DNA from: Octopus sinensis
Lineage: Eukaryota
Direction: 5' to 3'
NCBI RefSeq assembly: GCF_006345805.1
Contig: NC_043003.1
Coordinates: 4,898,001 to 4,962,000 of the forward strand
Length of the DNA stretch: 64,000 nt
Every line of letters begins with the position of its first letter. The stretch's first letter is position 1. Positions 50,151-64,000 of this stretch are shown here, in pieces. The notes beneath the pieces were generated by a model. That model was not told the origin of the DNA and did no database searches. It worked only from the letters and a program-made list of their open reading frames with translations. The position numbers and the translations under genes are program-made.

Positions 50151-51430
50151 CTTGCAACTTATTGGTGGCTGATGTATCATTTATCGAAAGATATAAATGA
50201 TATATAATGAACTCAAATCGTTGATTTATACAATATTTTGCGCAAGTTTTTCATGTAAGAAACACGTAAACTAATAAATATCATTCATATATTTATTGGT
50301 TCTTAATACAGTGTTTCTCACTCACATGACCTTACACAAAATATATTTCCTATCAAAAGTAAATTGATGACAATATACGGCAGATATCTTGCGAAATGTT
50401 GCGTTCTTAACGTCCACATAATTGTAGACTTATAGAGTTTGACAAAATGAAACAGTAATAACCACTAAGTGGATGACTATGTTTGTTAAGCGGAGGATAT
50501 GTCGCTTATATTATGAACATATTTTGTAAATACGTGTAGTCACGGTTAAATTAATGTATACTTTCATCGATTATGTACCTCGTGGCTTCTCATCGGAGTA
50601 CAATAACCATTGGAATTTACAACACCATTTGCCTTTAATGCGCAAGCAAATAATTCGAAAATTCGTTCTAAGATTCTCAGTTGTAGTCTCCCTTGTTTGA
50701 AGAATTATTCACGATAGCAACATAAGTGGATGGGATCATCCTCATAAATCCGAGAACAATGAAATGTAAATTTGAATTTAGCAGGAAATGAACTCAGATC
50801 ATAAGGCAAGCGAATTATTTAGCGCCAGAGATTTTCTGCAACACACCAATCATTCTACTGTTTCTCCGTTATAAACGTTCTCTTCCAATAATTGGTTAAA
50901 ATTAATGATTAACTTTCACAATTGCTACACAAACAAGGAGATTCCGTCTACGTTGAAACATCATAATAATATTGTTGTTCATTATTATGCAAATTTCCCA
51001 ATTCACTCGTTGCTTATTGGACATCTTCTTCACGGGACATATGTCTGCCAGAAACGAGATGCGCATGTTAAGTTGAGGATTTAGTATTTACCATTTGTGT
51101 GAGATGTATATTGTAGTTTATAGCCATATGCTTTCTGCATACACTTGAAGTTTTCAATGTTTATGGCTAACATTACATGGCAATTAGCAAGCATTGAGTC
51201 TAGGGGAAGTGACTTATAGAACTAGACACGTTGATAGACTGATGGAGTTGACTAATTGTTTGGTAAACATGGAGCAAACCGAGTGTCTCGTTATTGGGGA
51301 ATTAAATGTTTATAAAGTGATACAGGGCCACATAATTGTATTGTGAGTGCAAGCATACATATATATATATTTATAACAGCACATAGTGTGTATATATATG
51401 TGTGTTTGTGCGTGTGTTTGTGTGTATGTT

Positions 51431-51509
<79 letters not shown>

Positions 51510-51827
51510 TAGACATGAGTGTACATAGACATATGCGTGTATATACATATGTGGAGTTAATTACCTACATATCTATCTCTAAACATACGCATACAAGCAA
51601 CCAAACATTGAAAACACATACATTTATACACATACACGGAGAAGTCTTCAAATCAGTCAACAAATATGTGTATACGTGTACACAATCCCACCCCCACGTT
51701 TGACTGTGGAATAGATGTTTGTATGTATGTGTGTGTGCGTATATATATATATATTATATATATATATATATAATATATATATATGTATATATGTACGTAT
51801 ATATATATATATGTACGTATATATATA

Positions 51828-51880
<53 letters not shown>

Positions 51881-52710
51881 TTAAATGCATACATATACAA
51901 ATATATGCACATATATATGCTCGTATGTATGTGAGTATATATATATATTATATATATATATGTACGTGTATATATATTTTTAAATGCATACATATACAAA
52001 TATACGCACATATATACGTTTGCATGTGTGTGTGTTTATGTATGTCCAGAGTTAGTATGACTTAAAAACATACATTTATGGAATTGATTCTTTTTACAAA
52101 TCTATTGAAATAAATTAAAGAAGAGAAGTCTGCTCTTGAGAAAGCAAACCCTAACAATAAGAATGCACACAACAACAAGAACAAGAAGATATGGAGGAGT
52201 GTAGGCACAATACGTAGTTTATCATACATAATGTGTGTCTTCTTCACTTCGGTTCATAGATTTAGGAATAATTCCCGTTAATGAGTCGTTTCAGCTTTTA
52301 CTACTGTTCACCCCATTCATAGCTTCAAGATGGGATAGTGACGAGTTGTTCAGATGAAAATAGCGTCACTGAATTTTATATAAGGTTGTTTAAGAGGTTT
52401 AGAGAGAGGCGAATTAAGGAAAGAGAGTGGAGAAACAGAGGTGGTAGCCGTTTGAGTGTTGCAATAGAGAGTGTGGTATAGAGAAATATAGGAGAGATAT
52501 TGGGGAAGAGAAGAGAAATGCGGAAATAGAAAGTTTGGAGAGAGAGGTGTAGAGCTAGAGAGAGAAATAAAGATGGAGATAGAGAGACATAGAGGAAAAG
52601 GCCGAAACTGATAGAGAGTCGGAGAGAAAATATATGTATATATATATGTATATACCGTGTGTGTGTGTGCATCTTTTTCTTGGTATGCGTGTGAGAAGAT
52701 ATATATATAT

Positions 52711-52759
<49 letters not shown>

Positions 52760-52809
52760 ATATATACATCTCTTTCTCTATATGTACACACACATGTATG
52801 TATGTATAG

Positions 52810-52840
<31 letters not shown>

Positions 52841-54801
52841 AGAAGAACAATTGTACATATATGTACATTCTTCACCATATTTCGCTTGGCCTCCTATATT
52901 GCAAGCTGGGCTTTTGTAACTGTCTCCTAGTATTTTAGTTTTCTGAAATAAAACAACTGATATTTAACCTCAACACAAATAAAAAAAAAACTAGACACAC
53001 ATTTATCCAAACCTTACTGCAAGCCACACGCCAGTATAGTGATCAGCTCAGACTTTCCCGCCTTTGCTGAGTCTCTCCTTGACTTGCTCTCTTCCTTTGT
53101 TACCCTTTCCATCTATTTTTTTCCTTTGCTTTCTCTACCTCTCTCTCACCTTCCATAATTTCTTTCTTGTTGTGCCTTCTACTCGTGGCTGGCCAATGAC
53201 TGACAACCAAACATTATTACATGAAATGTTGCAAAACCCCGTCTAGTATATGTGCATTCATATACATATAGCCACACATGTATGCATTTTTACATGCATG
53301 TATACATTCATGCATTGGTTTGGAGGTATGTATATGTAGACATATTAGAAATCTGGAATTGAAATTAACGGATTACAAGAGAAAACAAGTACAGAATTAA
53401 CTAATTAATTGTTGTCTATTTGTTAGGAAGTTTGTTAAAATCTGTTATCATTTGCAATCATGTATAACACTATTTCATTCATTAAAAAAAATCTCCAGCA
53501 TCGTATAACCCGTGACTTATTTACTGAACTGAGACATTTCATTAAAGATAGAAATAATACATTCTGGAGGCCAATTACGAAGTTTCCGTCTTATTGTTTT
53601 TTTTTAAATTGCTCATAGAATGTTAATAGTTTCGGAATTGAGAGAATCGAGAGAAAGTTATTAATATTTGCATACAGAATATTAACGGTTGGTGGGGATT
53701 CTACGTTCTAAAAATGTCTTATACTAGTCACACATATCCCTTGTATAGCATATTCTATTTCTATAAGAAAAGAATCGATACAAAATTACGGTATGTGTAT
53801 TACAATCAGGTTTGTGTCTAAAACTAACGAGAATGATCAGTTATTTTACAAGTGGTTGTCTAATGTGACACCGGAAGCATGGAATAAAAAAGATAAAAAG
53901 ATAACATGCGTTCGAAAAAGTAAACGTGGCTTTAGAACACAACTCGGTGTATCGTGACAACTAATGCACTCTCTATGATGTCACGTAATTGTAAGATTCA
54001 TTGTAAATAGCTTCACCTGATAAGCACCATTTAGCGCCAATTTAGTGGCGTAAAAAATTGTTTAAAAATAAAAAGCAAATTAATATTCTAAGTTATAGAT
54101 CTGACGAATTTATCTTGTTCAATATAGAAAATAAAACTGTGAAAAATATTTTAAATATTGTGTAACAATGAGTCTGAAAATTATCTTTGTGACAATTACG
54201 TGTTAAATAAACACACGACTTTGATAAGAGCATTTCAAAATGTTGGCAAATAAATAAAAATAACAGTAATAAAAATGAAGTAATCACTAGTTATATATGG
54301 TAGATTTGGCAGACGTTACATTTTACTATTAAATCATTTGTGTGAGTTGTTGTTTTTGTTGTTATCGTCGCCACCATCGTAAATGTCGTCTGCTACACGA
54401 ATTAATAGAAAGAATATCTGATGAGCAAACTTGAACAACAATGAAAATTCTCATTCGCTCACATGGCATTCTACATTCACGATTGACTTCTCATTAGAAT
54501 CATAGAGATTTCATTAAGCTTGCCGAGCAAAAGTTTTATTTCGTAATTATTTTGAGGTTGGATTTAGTTAAGATGGATACGAAACCTGCATTTTAACTCC
54601 AAGGTTTCGAGTTCGATGTTTCTACGCTCCACATTGAACAAATATTCTCACTACTTAATCTGGGTCAACCTAAATAATTATCAGTAAAATTGCAATTAGA
54701 GAAAAGATGGAGAGATTGAACCAGATTTGAGCTGCTCCTTGATTCATTGTTCGGTGTAGCCTTCCACCCGAGCCATCGTTGCCTTCAAGAGAATCCAACA
54801 C

Positions 54802-55198
54802 TTTACTCTTTTACTTGTTTCAGTCATTTGACTGCGGCCATGCTGGAACACCGCCTTTAGTCGAGCAAATCGACCCCGGAATTTATTCTTTGTAAGCCCA
54901 GTACTTATTCTATCGGTCTCTTTTGCCGAACCGCTAAGTGACGGGGACGTAAACACACCAGCATCGGTTGTCAGGTAATGCTAGGGGGACAAACACAGAC
55001 ACACACACACTTATATATATATAAACATATATACGACAGGCTTCTTTCAGTTTCCGTCTACCAAATCCACTCACAAGGCATTGGTCGGCCCGGGGCTATA
55101 GCAGAAGACACTTGCCCAAGATGCCACGCAGTGGGAATGAACCCGGAACCATGTGGTTGGTTAGCAAGCTACTTACCACACAGCCACTCCTGCGCCTA
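54802..55198 (-). mobile_element. SINE family A, full length
   Basis: Near-identical to 5329-5725 but keeps the B-box segment. Confidence 0.93.
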
Positions 55199-55690
55199 TA
55201 TACTTTGTATACTTTCAGGTGAAATCTTCGGTTTAATAACAGCTTCCCCTATTCAAACCGCCAATCTTGGAGATCGTAAAATAGGATACGAGCCTCATTA
55301 ATTTTCTTCTGTGTTTAAACGGTGATGATAAAAGTAGACCATAAAAATATTACATAATATTTAGACAGTCTCCATTTTATTATTTTTAAAGCCAATATTT
55401 GAGGGATGAGGTTTCATTTAGGCCGCAGATCGAACGGCCCTTTGGGTCTACAATGTTGTTGTTATACTTCATAGGTTACATTTTATCAGCCCCAATGACT
55501 GCAAGGGTCAGTGGTTATATTTATTTATAAAGTAACCTACGGGGGGTTAATACTGGTTAATTATCACGGATGGAATCATCTCTGATATCAATTTATTAAC
55601 GCCAATCAATCAAGTGAGTGTATTGATCTCCTAAGAGCTAAACCTTATTCGAATACACTTACACAAAATCACAAATACACACTCGTGCAT

Positions 55691-55741
<51 letters not shown>

Positions 55742-56200
55742 GAAACACACTGAAATACACACACACATAAAAACGAGCAATGATAAACGCACAACACACA
55801 TAGACAAGCGTGGTATGATAATATAAAGTGAATGGCATTGAGTGGAATTATAAATCGCCACTGGAATGCAAGGCTTTCTTATTTAGACACAATGAACCTA
55901 GGACTATATAATCTAATGTATCCTTCCTCTTACAGAAGCTTTGGTAGCTATTTCAAGCAGGCTGATTTAGCACGTACATCCTCTTTATCCTGCGTGATAA
56001 AGAGTTGTATAGTGTAGTTGGTGTTGTTGTTTTGGCGAAAAGTAGCGGATTATAGCAATTGGGGCGAAATATAGATGCAAAGCATACATACACACATACA
56101 CACACAGCATATATACATGTATGCATATACGTATATGCGCATATATTCATGAATTGATTCACATATATATATATATACATGAAGACACACACACACACAC

Positions 56201-56255
<55 letters not shown>

Positions 56256-57189
56256 CGTGTGTGTGTACAAGGATGTTTGTGTATTCATAAATACAAATCT
56301 ATAAGTGTTACAGGCATATACTGAAAGATACAGAGAGAGAGAGAGAGATAGAGAGAGAGGCATGCAGAGAGTTTGACAGACAGATAAATAGACAGAACGA
56401 AAGACAGAACGAAAGAAAGAAAGAAAGAAAAAAAGAAAGATAGACAGATTCGTAGACAGATAGATAGAACGGAAGAAAGAAAAGAGGAAGATAGAAAGAA
56501 AACAGAAATATAGACAGATACGTAGATAGTTAGATAGCTAGATAGATAGATGTTAACATTTTATTCGGTCAGTATTACATAGGTAACTAGAAATAGGCGT
56601 GTTGCGATCGATCAGCAAATCGGGGCCTAAGTGGTTATGTATGTCATAGCTAATGTATTTAGTACAGGGAACAGCAGAAAAAAAGCTAACGAGAGAGACA
56701 GAAGGTGAAGCATAGATATAAGGATACAGACATAGATGAGTGATTGTTTACATATATAATAGCTCATTAGAGAGCTAATTAGAAATACAGGTGTAATTAA
56801 AATATATGCACCAGAAAAGGAAAATAAAGAAGTCAGTGTTAAGATGCACTGCTCAATAATTCCACATTATTTTCTTCCACATGTGGTGAGTGATTAGACC
56901 TAGCAGTTTCTTTTCACATTATAACAATTACATCCTGGTATTTTTTTTTACCATTTCAGAGAGAACAAATAACTTTCATTCGCTTTTAGTATATTTCTTA
57001 ACGAATTTGTATTTTCGTTGCATCTCTAAGATTGACTCAGTCCAGAACAACGGTCACTGGCCCGTTTCCTTTTAACACCTCGGCTTCTGTCATTTTCAAT
57101 ACTGTTTTACATGCGACATGGGTCTCTTGAATTCACAACCACATTCAATTCTTCTGATATACTTCTCTCTCTCTTTTTCTGTCTCACCC

Positions 57190-57247
<58 letters not shown>

Positions 57248-57249
57248 AA

Positions 57250-57390
57250 TAGTAATAGTATGGCAACAAAAGAATGAATGAGACCTCGATATTATGTAAA
57301 TAGAGGAATTTATCTGACAAGCTGCCGGGGCAGATTTCCGCCCCGACATCCGAAACCCGGATCTTTATTATGGCGACCGAATAATTTACA
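57250..57390 (+). mobile_element. Rearranged relative of the 46.1-kb element, with the 3' half of a hammerhead
   Basis: gaatgaatgagac...tattatgtaaatagaggaatttatctg matches 46.15 kb (+); the following ...catccgaaac...accgaataatt matches 46.2 kb (-). Confidence 0.65.
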
Positions 57391-57649
57391 TATATATATA
57401 TGCAGATGTGGGTACAGGACGTCACCAACAGTAAACCATATGAAATACGAAAACAAATGAGTCCAGTACGGAAACAACGACAGAAACAAATAGAAAACAG
57501 GACAAATAACATAAAGAACGACCTTTCATCAGTTGCCGGCTGTCTGTCTACTCCTAATTTCGAGCATTAAACGACAATATAAGTCTTCGAAGACATTTGC
57601 TCCCATAAGTACCAAAATAAAATTTGGGATTTATGGAGGGTCCAAAAGA

Positions 57650-57684
<35 letters not shown>

Positions 57685-57904
57685 ATACACACATACATAC
57701 CAACACATATCTACCTGTGTATATCTACAAATATACACATATAATATCATTATATGTACCTACATATAAAAATACTGTATATTATAAACACACAAATACA
57801 CATACACACACGCACAAACAAACTTATATATGTTTAAAAATTGGTATATATATATATCTGTTCGACTATTTTGATGAATAAACCTGAAAAAAATTTGCAT
57901 AAAC

Positions 57905-57950
<46 letters not shown>

Positions 57951-58034
57951 CATATTATATATACATTATATATTATGTATATATACATTTTATTATATAT
58001 ACAATATAATAAACTAATGCATATACATAATATA

Positions 58035-58106
<72 letters not shown>

Positions 58107-58718
58107 ATATCATTTGTGTGTGTTCTCGAATATTTGGACAAGAAAGCTGAAAAAAATTCGCATGATTATAAATATATTTTAATTGAATGGTAAGAGAACT
58201 TACTTTCAAAAACTTGTACAACATTCTTCGTCCGCTGAAGAAATTTCATGCAGGTAAATTTTGGTATCCTGCAAATAAAGACAGAAAATATATGCTTGAA
58301 AAATATTCGTTATTTTATACCAATATTTAGCTTACTCCTTATCTCCCTTCTGAGAGTACGTTGGCTGTTACTACTCCTGAGTAAATATTTGTATCTCTAA
58401 CAAATTTTAATATGATTTCTAGCAAGTTATTCTATTTCTGTGTACGCGTGTGCGCATGTATGTGCATGAATATGGCTGTGTATGTGAGCACGTGCACGTG
58501 CGTGTGTCACGAGATTTAACTCTTCTCATGATGTGACCAATGGTAAATATTAAAGCACGTAGACCCAATGTATGCTACTCTCTCTCTCTTCCTCTTTCGG
58601 TCTCTATATGTTTATTTGTTTCTATCTGTATATGCGTGTGCATCTGTGAGAGCGCGCGCGCGTGCGTGTGTGTGTGTGTGTGTTTACATGTGTGTCTAGA
58701 TTTACACGTTTTCATCTA

Positions 58719-58784
58719 GAATTCATCTACCAAAATGGATACTCTCTATTTGAATTCATCCACCAAAATGGATACTCTCTATTT
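58719..58784. repeat. 33-bp tandem duplication
   Basis: gaattcatc(t/c)accaaaatggatactctctattt x2. Confidence 0.9.
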
Positions 58785-60276
58785 GTTCCGTCTTAATGTT
58801 TTTCATGCATTGATTCAGTAAGCTGCTCATGTGATAATACATCCAACGTACGAAGCCGAAGTCTCATCAAAAACGGTTATTCCAAACAATTGATTAGTGA
58901 AGTTACATAGGCATGTATAAATGGCCTTTCGATGAAAGGTCTTAAAACCATGAATCATTCTTTCTGAAATGCAACGACAAAAGGGCCATCGCAACTTTGG
59001 CAAACTCCTTCTGGAAAAATGACAGACTACATCTACTACAACAATAAACTGAGAGTCTTCGAAAAACAAATCCATACATAAATGTATAATGAAAACAAAA
59101 GATTTTATAGCAGGAAAGTGCATGCCTAAGTTAAGATAAAGCTAGCATTTTCTCGAACCATGTATCTATGGATTTGCCCGAACGAATTCCACAAAGAATT
59201 TTGCTCTACGTTGAAATGGCTTCACCGGCTGCACCACTTATTAATAAAGATGTTTGTTTAGTTCTGGTTCTGTTTTGATCTCGGTGTGTTTTGAATTCGG
59301 ACATAAAAGATCGTAAGAGAATACTGCAGGGCATGCACCGCCACTTTCTACCTGTAACAATAATGATTGGTACTAGCTTTGATGAAGATAATAATCAGAA
59401 TTAATTTTGAAGCTATCAATACCAGAACTTTGTATCTTTTTATTTTTGGTTTAATGATAATGATTAAAGGTAAAACATAACAAAATGGTTTAGAAAGGTA
59501 AAAAAAAAACAAAAAAGAAAATGTGTTGCTGAATCTTTTGAAATTATATTATTTGTTGATAATTGAATTAGTAATGGAGCTCACATCTAAAAATGGCATT
59601 TCTTATGGCAAAGAATCCTTACATTATACAGAACCAAACTCAGCCTGAAAACAATAGCAACTATTCTTTTAAGTGTTATGGCGTGTTATATGAGCGAGCA
59701 CTAGACACAGCACACATTCATTCACGCACACACACACACACACTCCCCCAAACTAAACACCCATACACACACACATGCAAACACATGAACACAAACCCAC
59801 ATATAGACACACACACATTCAGACACGCCTACCCATGCACATACATATGAAACGCTCCTTCACTCACCCACGGAACTGAGTATTATTCACGGTACGCACT
59901 CAGGAATAAAAACAAAGTCGTGATGCTATTTCATGATGTTGTTTTTGTTGTTGTTTTTGTAACGGTGCATTGATGGAAGACATAATGCTGTCCACATCTA
60001 ATTTATGACAAATATTAATTGAATTTCGGGAGGAAAAACACCGAAGACTGTTACAGCTCTCACCGTTTTATTAGATAATCAAATATATATATTAGTCGAC
60101 TATCGCTTTATATGTTTTGTTTTGCTGCAAAAAATTTCCATCCTCTCTTACAATCACTATCATTACAATCACAATCACAATTATTATTATTATTATCAGT
60201 ATTATTATTATCGAAATTGTTGTGCTTGGTATGGAGGATGCTAGGAGACGACTTCGTATGTCGAAAAACTAACAAT

Positions 60277-60322
<46 letters not shown>

Positions 60323-62974
60323 AGTTTACACATCTTCGGTGTATCTAACTAAATAACATGTTATTGTTGCTTTTGTTGGTGTTCTTATTATTATTGACTG
60401 GTGACCTGTCTAGACGTGTTTTTCATGCCACACTTCGTCGTTCTGGATTTCACCAAATTTAACCTGCGTAAAGGCATAGTTTATTGAATGAATTTTTATA
60501 CAAGTATTACAGAATTCTTTTTGAAATCTGCTCAAACAGTGCAAGTCGAAAAAGAGAAGTCTATCTTTATCGAAATTTTATCGTCTTCGTTGGCTGCCGA
60601 CCTTGTGCAGATGACAAGGATGAGGACACTCTACTCCACAAAAGCAAACCTATTGAAGGAAAAGTAATTCCAGCACAATTTCAATATACCCCACTACAAA
60701 ACACACAAAAAAATCAAATAGCCATGAAGATTCTTTTGCTGTTAAAACCTTTGGAAAAGTAGCGAATATTTTCCGTGGATGGTATCAGTGATTGCTGTTG
60801 TGATCGTTCTTTGCAAATATAACGTGAAAGACAACATATCAGTAAAAGGAAAATATTATGTAATACCAATCAGTGTGGTTTTAATGCGAACCAATGACAC
60901 AAACTAGAGAAGGAAGCAAAATTACTCTGTAGCGTGAAATACGCTCGGTCGGAAAGGGTAGATTATATGGAACTATATGCATTATATAAACCTGGGTACG
61001 AGATGAGGAAATAAGCTAAGTTAGTGTATCACACGTGTTGCCGTGGAAAACATAGGGTACTAAGAAACACGAGGGTTATTCCGATACACTTCAGAGACGT
61101 TGTCAAGCGTTGCTTCATTGCGACATGTGTGGCACAATGTGTTAGTGTTGAGTGCCGATTTGATATTTTGTTATATGTGGCTGTGTGGAGATACAATGGC
61201 TCTAAAACTCCCTATGACAACCATACGCGATTAAGCAATTTAATATCTGTTATTTGTCCATGAGAAACGCTTCAACGAGAAATACTTTACGGCTGGTCTT
61301 CCATCACAGAAAGCCCAACGGTTGCGCAGATGGATGTAAATATTATCCAAGAAGATTTTTCTAAAAGAGGTTCAGAATCGGGTGGGGGACATCGGACATC
61401 AATCAAAGTCGTAGACACCCAGTATGATTATCCAAATATTCTTGGATATGCCTTCGGGTGTATGCCTAACTCACCTGTTTCGTTTTTGTTGTTTGCTATA
61501 GCTAACCATTATTTCCATTGTATGCAATCCTCAATTCTGTCCTATATATACATGTTTTCTTTCATCGTCATAATTAAGCAGCCACAAAAATGGGGTTGAG
61601 TGTTTCTTCGCTATTTGAATATATTCTGCACCTCCATATTGTATGCTACACTAATTTCTTTTGTAATTTTTAGCGTTATTTTAATGTTCCGTCTGTTGCG
61701 TATTTGTCCATATGTACATGCAATGAGAATTGTGTTATTTCGTTTGTGTTTGGTACGTTTCGTGCACCTGTAGGTACGGGGCTTAGCGTCGGGACGTGAT
61801 TATTAGTGTATGTCTTGTGTGGGTTGTGTTAGACGTCTGTTCTGGAAAATGGGAGAATGTGTAAAGTATGAGATATGTGAGTTGTTAGGCTACAATGCAT
61901 CGATTGTATTAATTATATTTGAGCATGTGTTGTCTCATGTTATTTTAGGTGGTAATTATGTAAGGTAAACGTAGGGTATATGTAGGGTATGTAAGATGCA
62001 TATAACAGTATATAACGGTTGCTGATGATTCAATAGTGTATGTGTTTTATTGCTTTTATTGGGTAGCAATTATATGGGGTACCTGTGTGCAGAGCGTCTA
62101 CTGTCCCAGTTGCGATATTGAACAGAAAATGTATTGCGAAAGATGTCAGTTACAAATCTATGTTTCGGATTGTTGTAAGACCTGATATGGCTGGTATTTC
62201 CTTTCGCGTGCTAAATACTTCTACCATAATTGGTATAATTTTCTTATTTCCGTGTCCGAAATCTCATTTGTGTCAATTCATCTTCATTCCCTCTGGTTAA
62301 TATTTTGGTCAGAACAATTTGAATGTATTAAAAAATTCGATGCAAATCTTGATGCCTATATCAGGTCGGTTATCATTGAACTCTGTTTCAGCCTGGTAAG
62401 ATCGACTCATCCAACTGGTGATTCTCATCCTAATCATCATTATTATTATCTCAGTAGTTATTATTGTCATTAGGATGGTTGCTTTTATTATTAATATCAG
62501 GGCCATTTTTACGGTTTTATTTTTTTTTGCTAGATTATTGCTTCATTAAACATTGTCCTTGGTTATAACTTCCCTCCGAAGCAGACTAAAGTTAAATTAA
62601 TATAATTTCACAACTATTTCATTAAATTTAATGAAATTTCACTCTGATTTTCACATACGTCTAGGCTGTTTGTGCCATAACATTTACCAGTTTTAACTGA
62701 TACACCAGTTTGTAACTGTTTATATGGCACATATATGTAAGTATAAAGTATATGGATAGCGAAGAAAGAATAGCAAATTCTTTTGAACATCCCATCGCAG
62801 AATCCGAGCGGATAATGAGGATTAAAACTGATTAAATGAATGTATTTTGTGAAGGATACCAATCAAAGATGGCGACTACACTACATCTTCCTGCTTTTTG
62901 ATACGCGTCACGAACGCGTTGGTATATTGAATTGTAGAATGATTGATAGCACAATAGATTTTGGGTAATAGCAA

Positions 62975-63008
62975 TCATATATATATATGCATATATATAT
63001 GTACATAT

Positions 63009-63050
<42 letters not shown>

Positions 63051-63153
63051 GCATATATATGTACACATACAAACATATATATATAAATATATATATATAT
63101 GTACACATACAAACATATATATATAATATATATATATATGTACACATACAAAC

Positions 63154-63187
<34 letters not shown>

Positions 63188-63198
63188 GTAAATATACG

Positions 63199-63230
<32 letters not shown>

Positions 63231-63610
63231 TGTGGGTGTGTATATCTGTATGTATGTATAAATATATGCATGCACTCACACACAAATACTATGTATATAT
63301 ATATAAATATACACATATATATACGTATATATACATACACATATATATACATACATATATATGCATACACATATATATACATACATATATATACATACAC
63401 ATATATATACATACATACATATATATACATACACATATATATACATACACATATATATACATACATACATATATATACATACACATATATATACATACAT
63501 ACATATATATACACATATATACATATACATACATATACATATATATACATATATATGCACATATATATATATATATATACACACATATATATATATATGT
63601 ATATATTATA
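62975..63610. repeat. Compound TA/TACA microsatellite
   Basis: Directly visible. Confidence 0.95.
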
Positions 63611-64000
63611 TACATTCAATCATAGCAGTATATGGAGAGAGGTAGTAAGTAGCAGAATGAGATAAAAGGTGAGAATAAGAGAGGACAGAGAATAAATGTG
63701 TCGCTTTTTCTAAAACTGTTCTCTTGACGCCTCATCCTTTTGGTTCCTTACACCAAAATAACATGTTCAACCTAAATGCAATATATTTGTCCCCACCACT
63801 AGTATTCCGATTCATTCTAGCATGTAAGCTTCCATTCCTCCGGTTAATTCCTTGAGGTATAAATATTCCCAGTTTGACGGTTCAGTGAATCTGATATTCT
63901 TTGCGTAATGCAATCACTGTTATATTGAAGAACTTGTAGAGAAATCTGCGAATATTTGACGAAAGTATTGATATTCTGGTGTATATCGGATGATATAAAA

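Noticed and set aside
57526-57532. Minus-strand CUGAUGA
   Set aside because: No downstream stem II-GAAA on that strand.
58840-58910. LIKNGYSKQLISE, resembling the PLE L..NGYP..I motif
   Set aside because: Too short, with no flanking RT or endonuclease similarity.

Overview
AT-rich, repeat-saturated animal genomic DNA. The SINE/LINE families and dense TA/CA/GATA/AAT microsatellites look like an octopus (cephalopod) intronic or intergenic region; the taxon is inferred, not proven. No host protein-coding gene can be named. Almost all ORFs in the supplied track are microsatellite translations or antisense TE reads. The one long real ORF is a 5'-truncated CR1/L2-group LINE reverse transcriptase (~29.8-31.7 kb). 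Other content: 3' stubs of at least four LINE families (CR1-type, two CR1/L2-group, RTE), three abundant tRNA-derived SINE families, a full-length decayed DD37D (maT) Tc1/mariner with TIRs and TA duplication, a mariner MITE, and two degenerate minisatellite arrays (~64 bp and 78 bp). The most notable signal is a set of short elements, often with inverted arms, carrying minimal type I hammerhead ribozyme folds (about nine motifs, at least five families). One lies downstream of a Penelope-type GIY-YIG remnant. Another has a tRNA-like head fused to a hammerhead tail. There is also a candidate housekeeping promoter with a 9-nt first coding exon (8.3 kb) and a cluster of minus-strand splice signals (58-60 kb), both unconfirmed. 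Coordinates of decayed repeats are approximate (about +/-10 bp).
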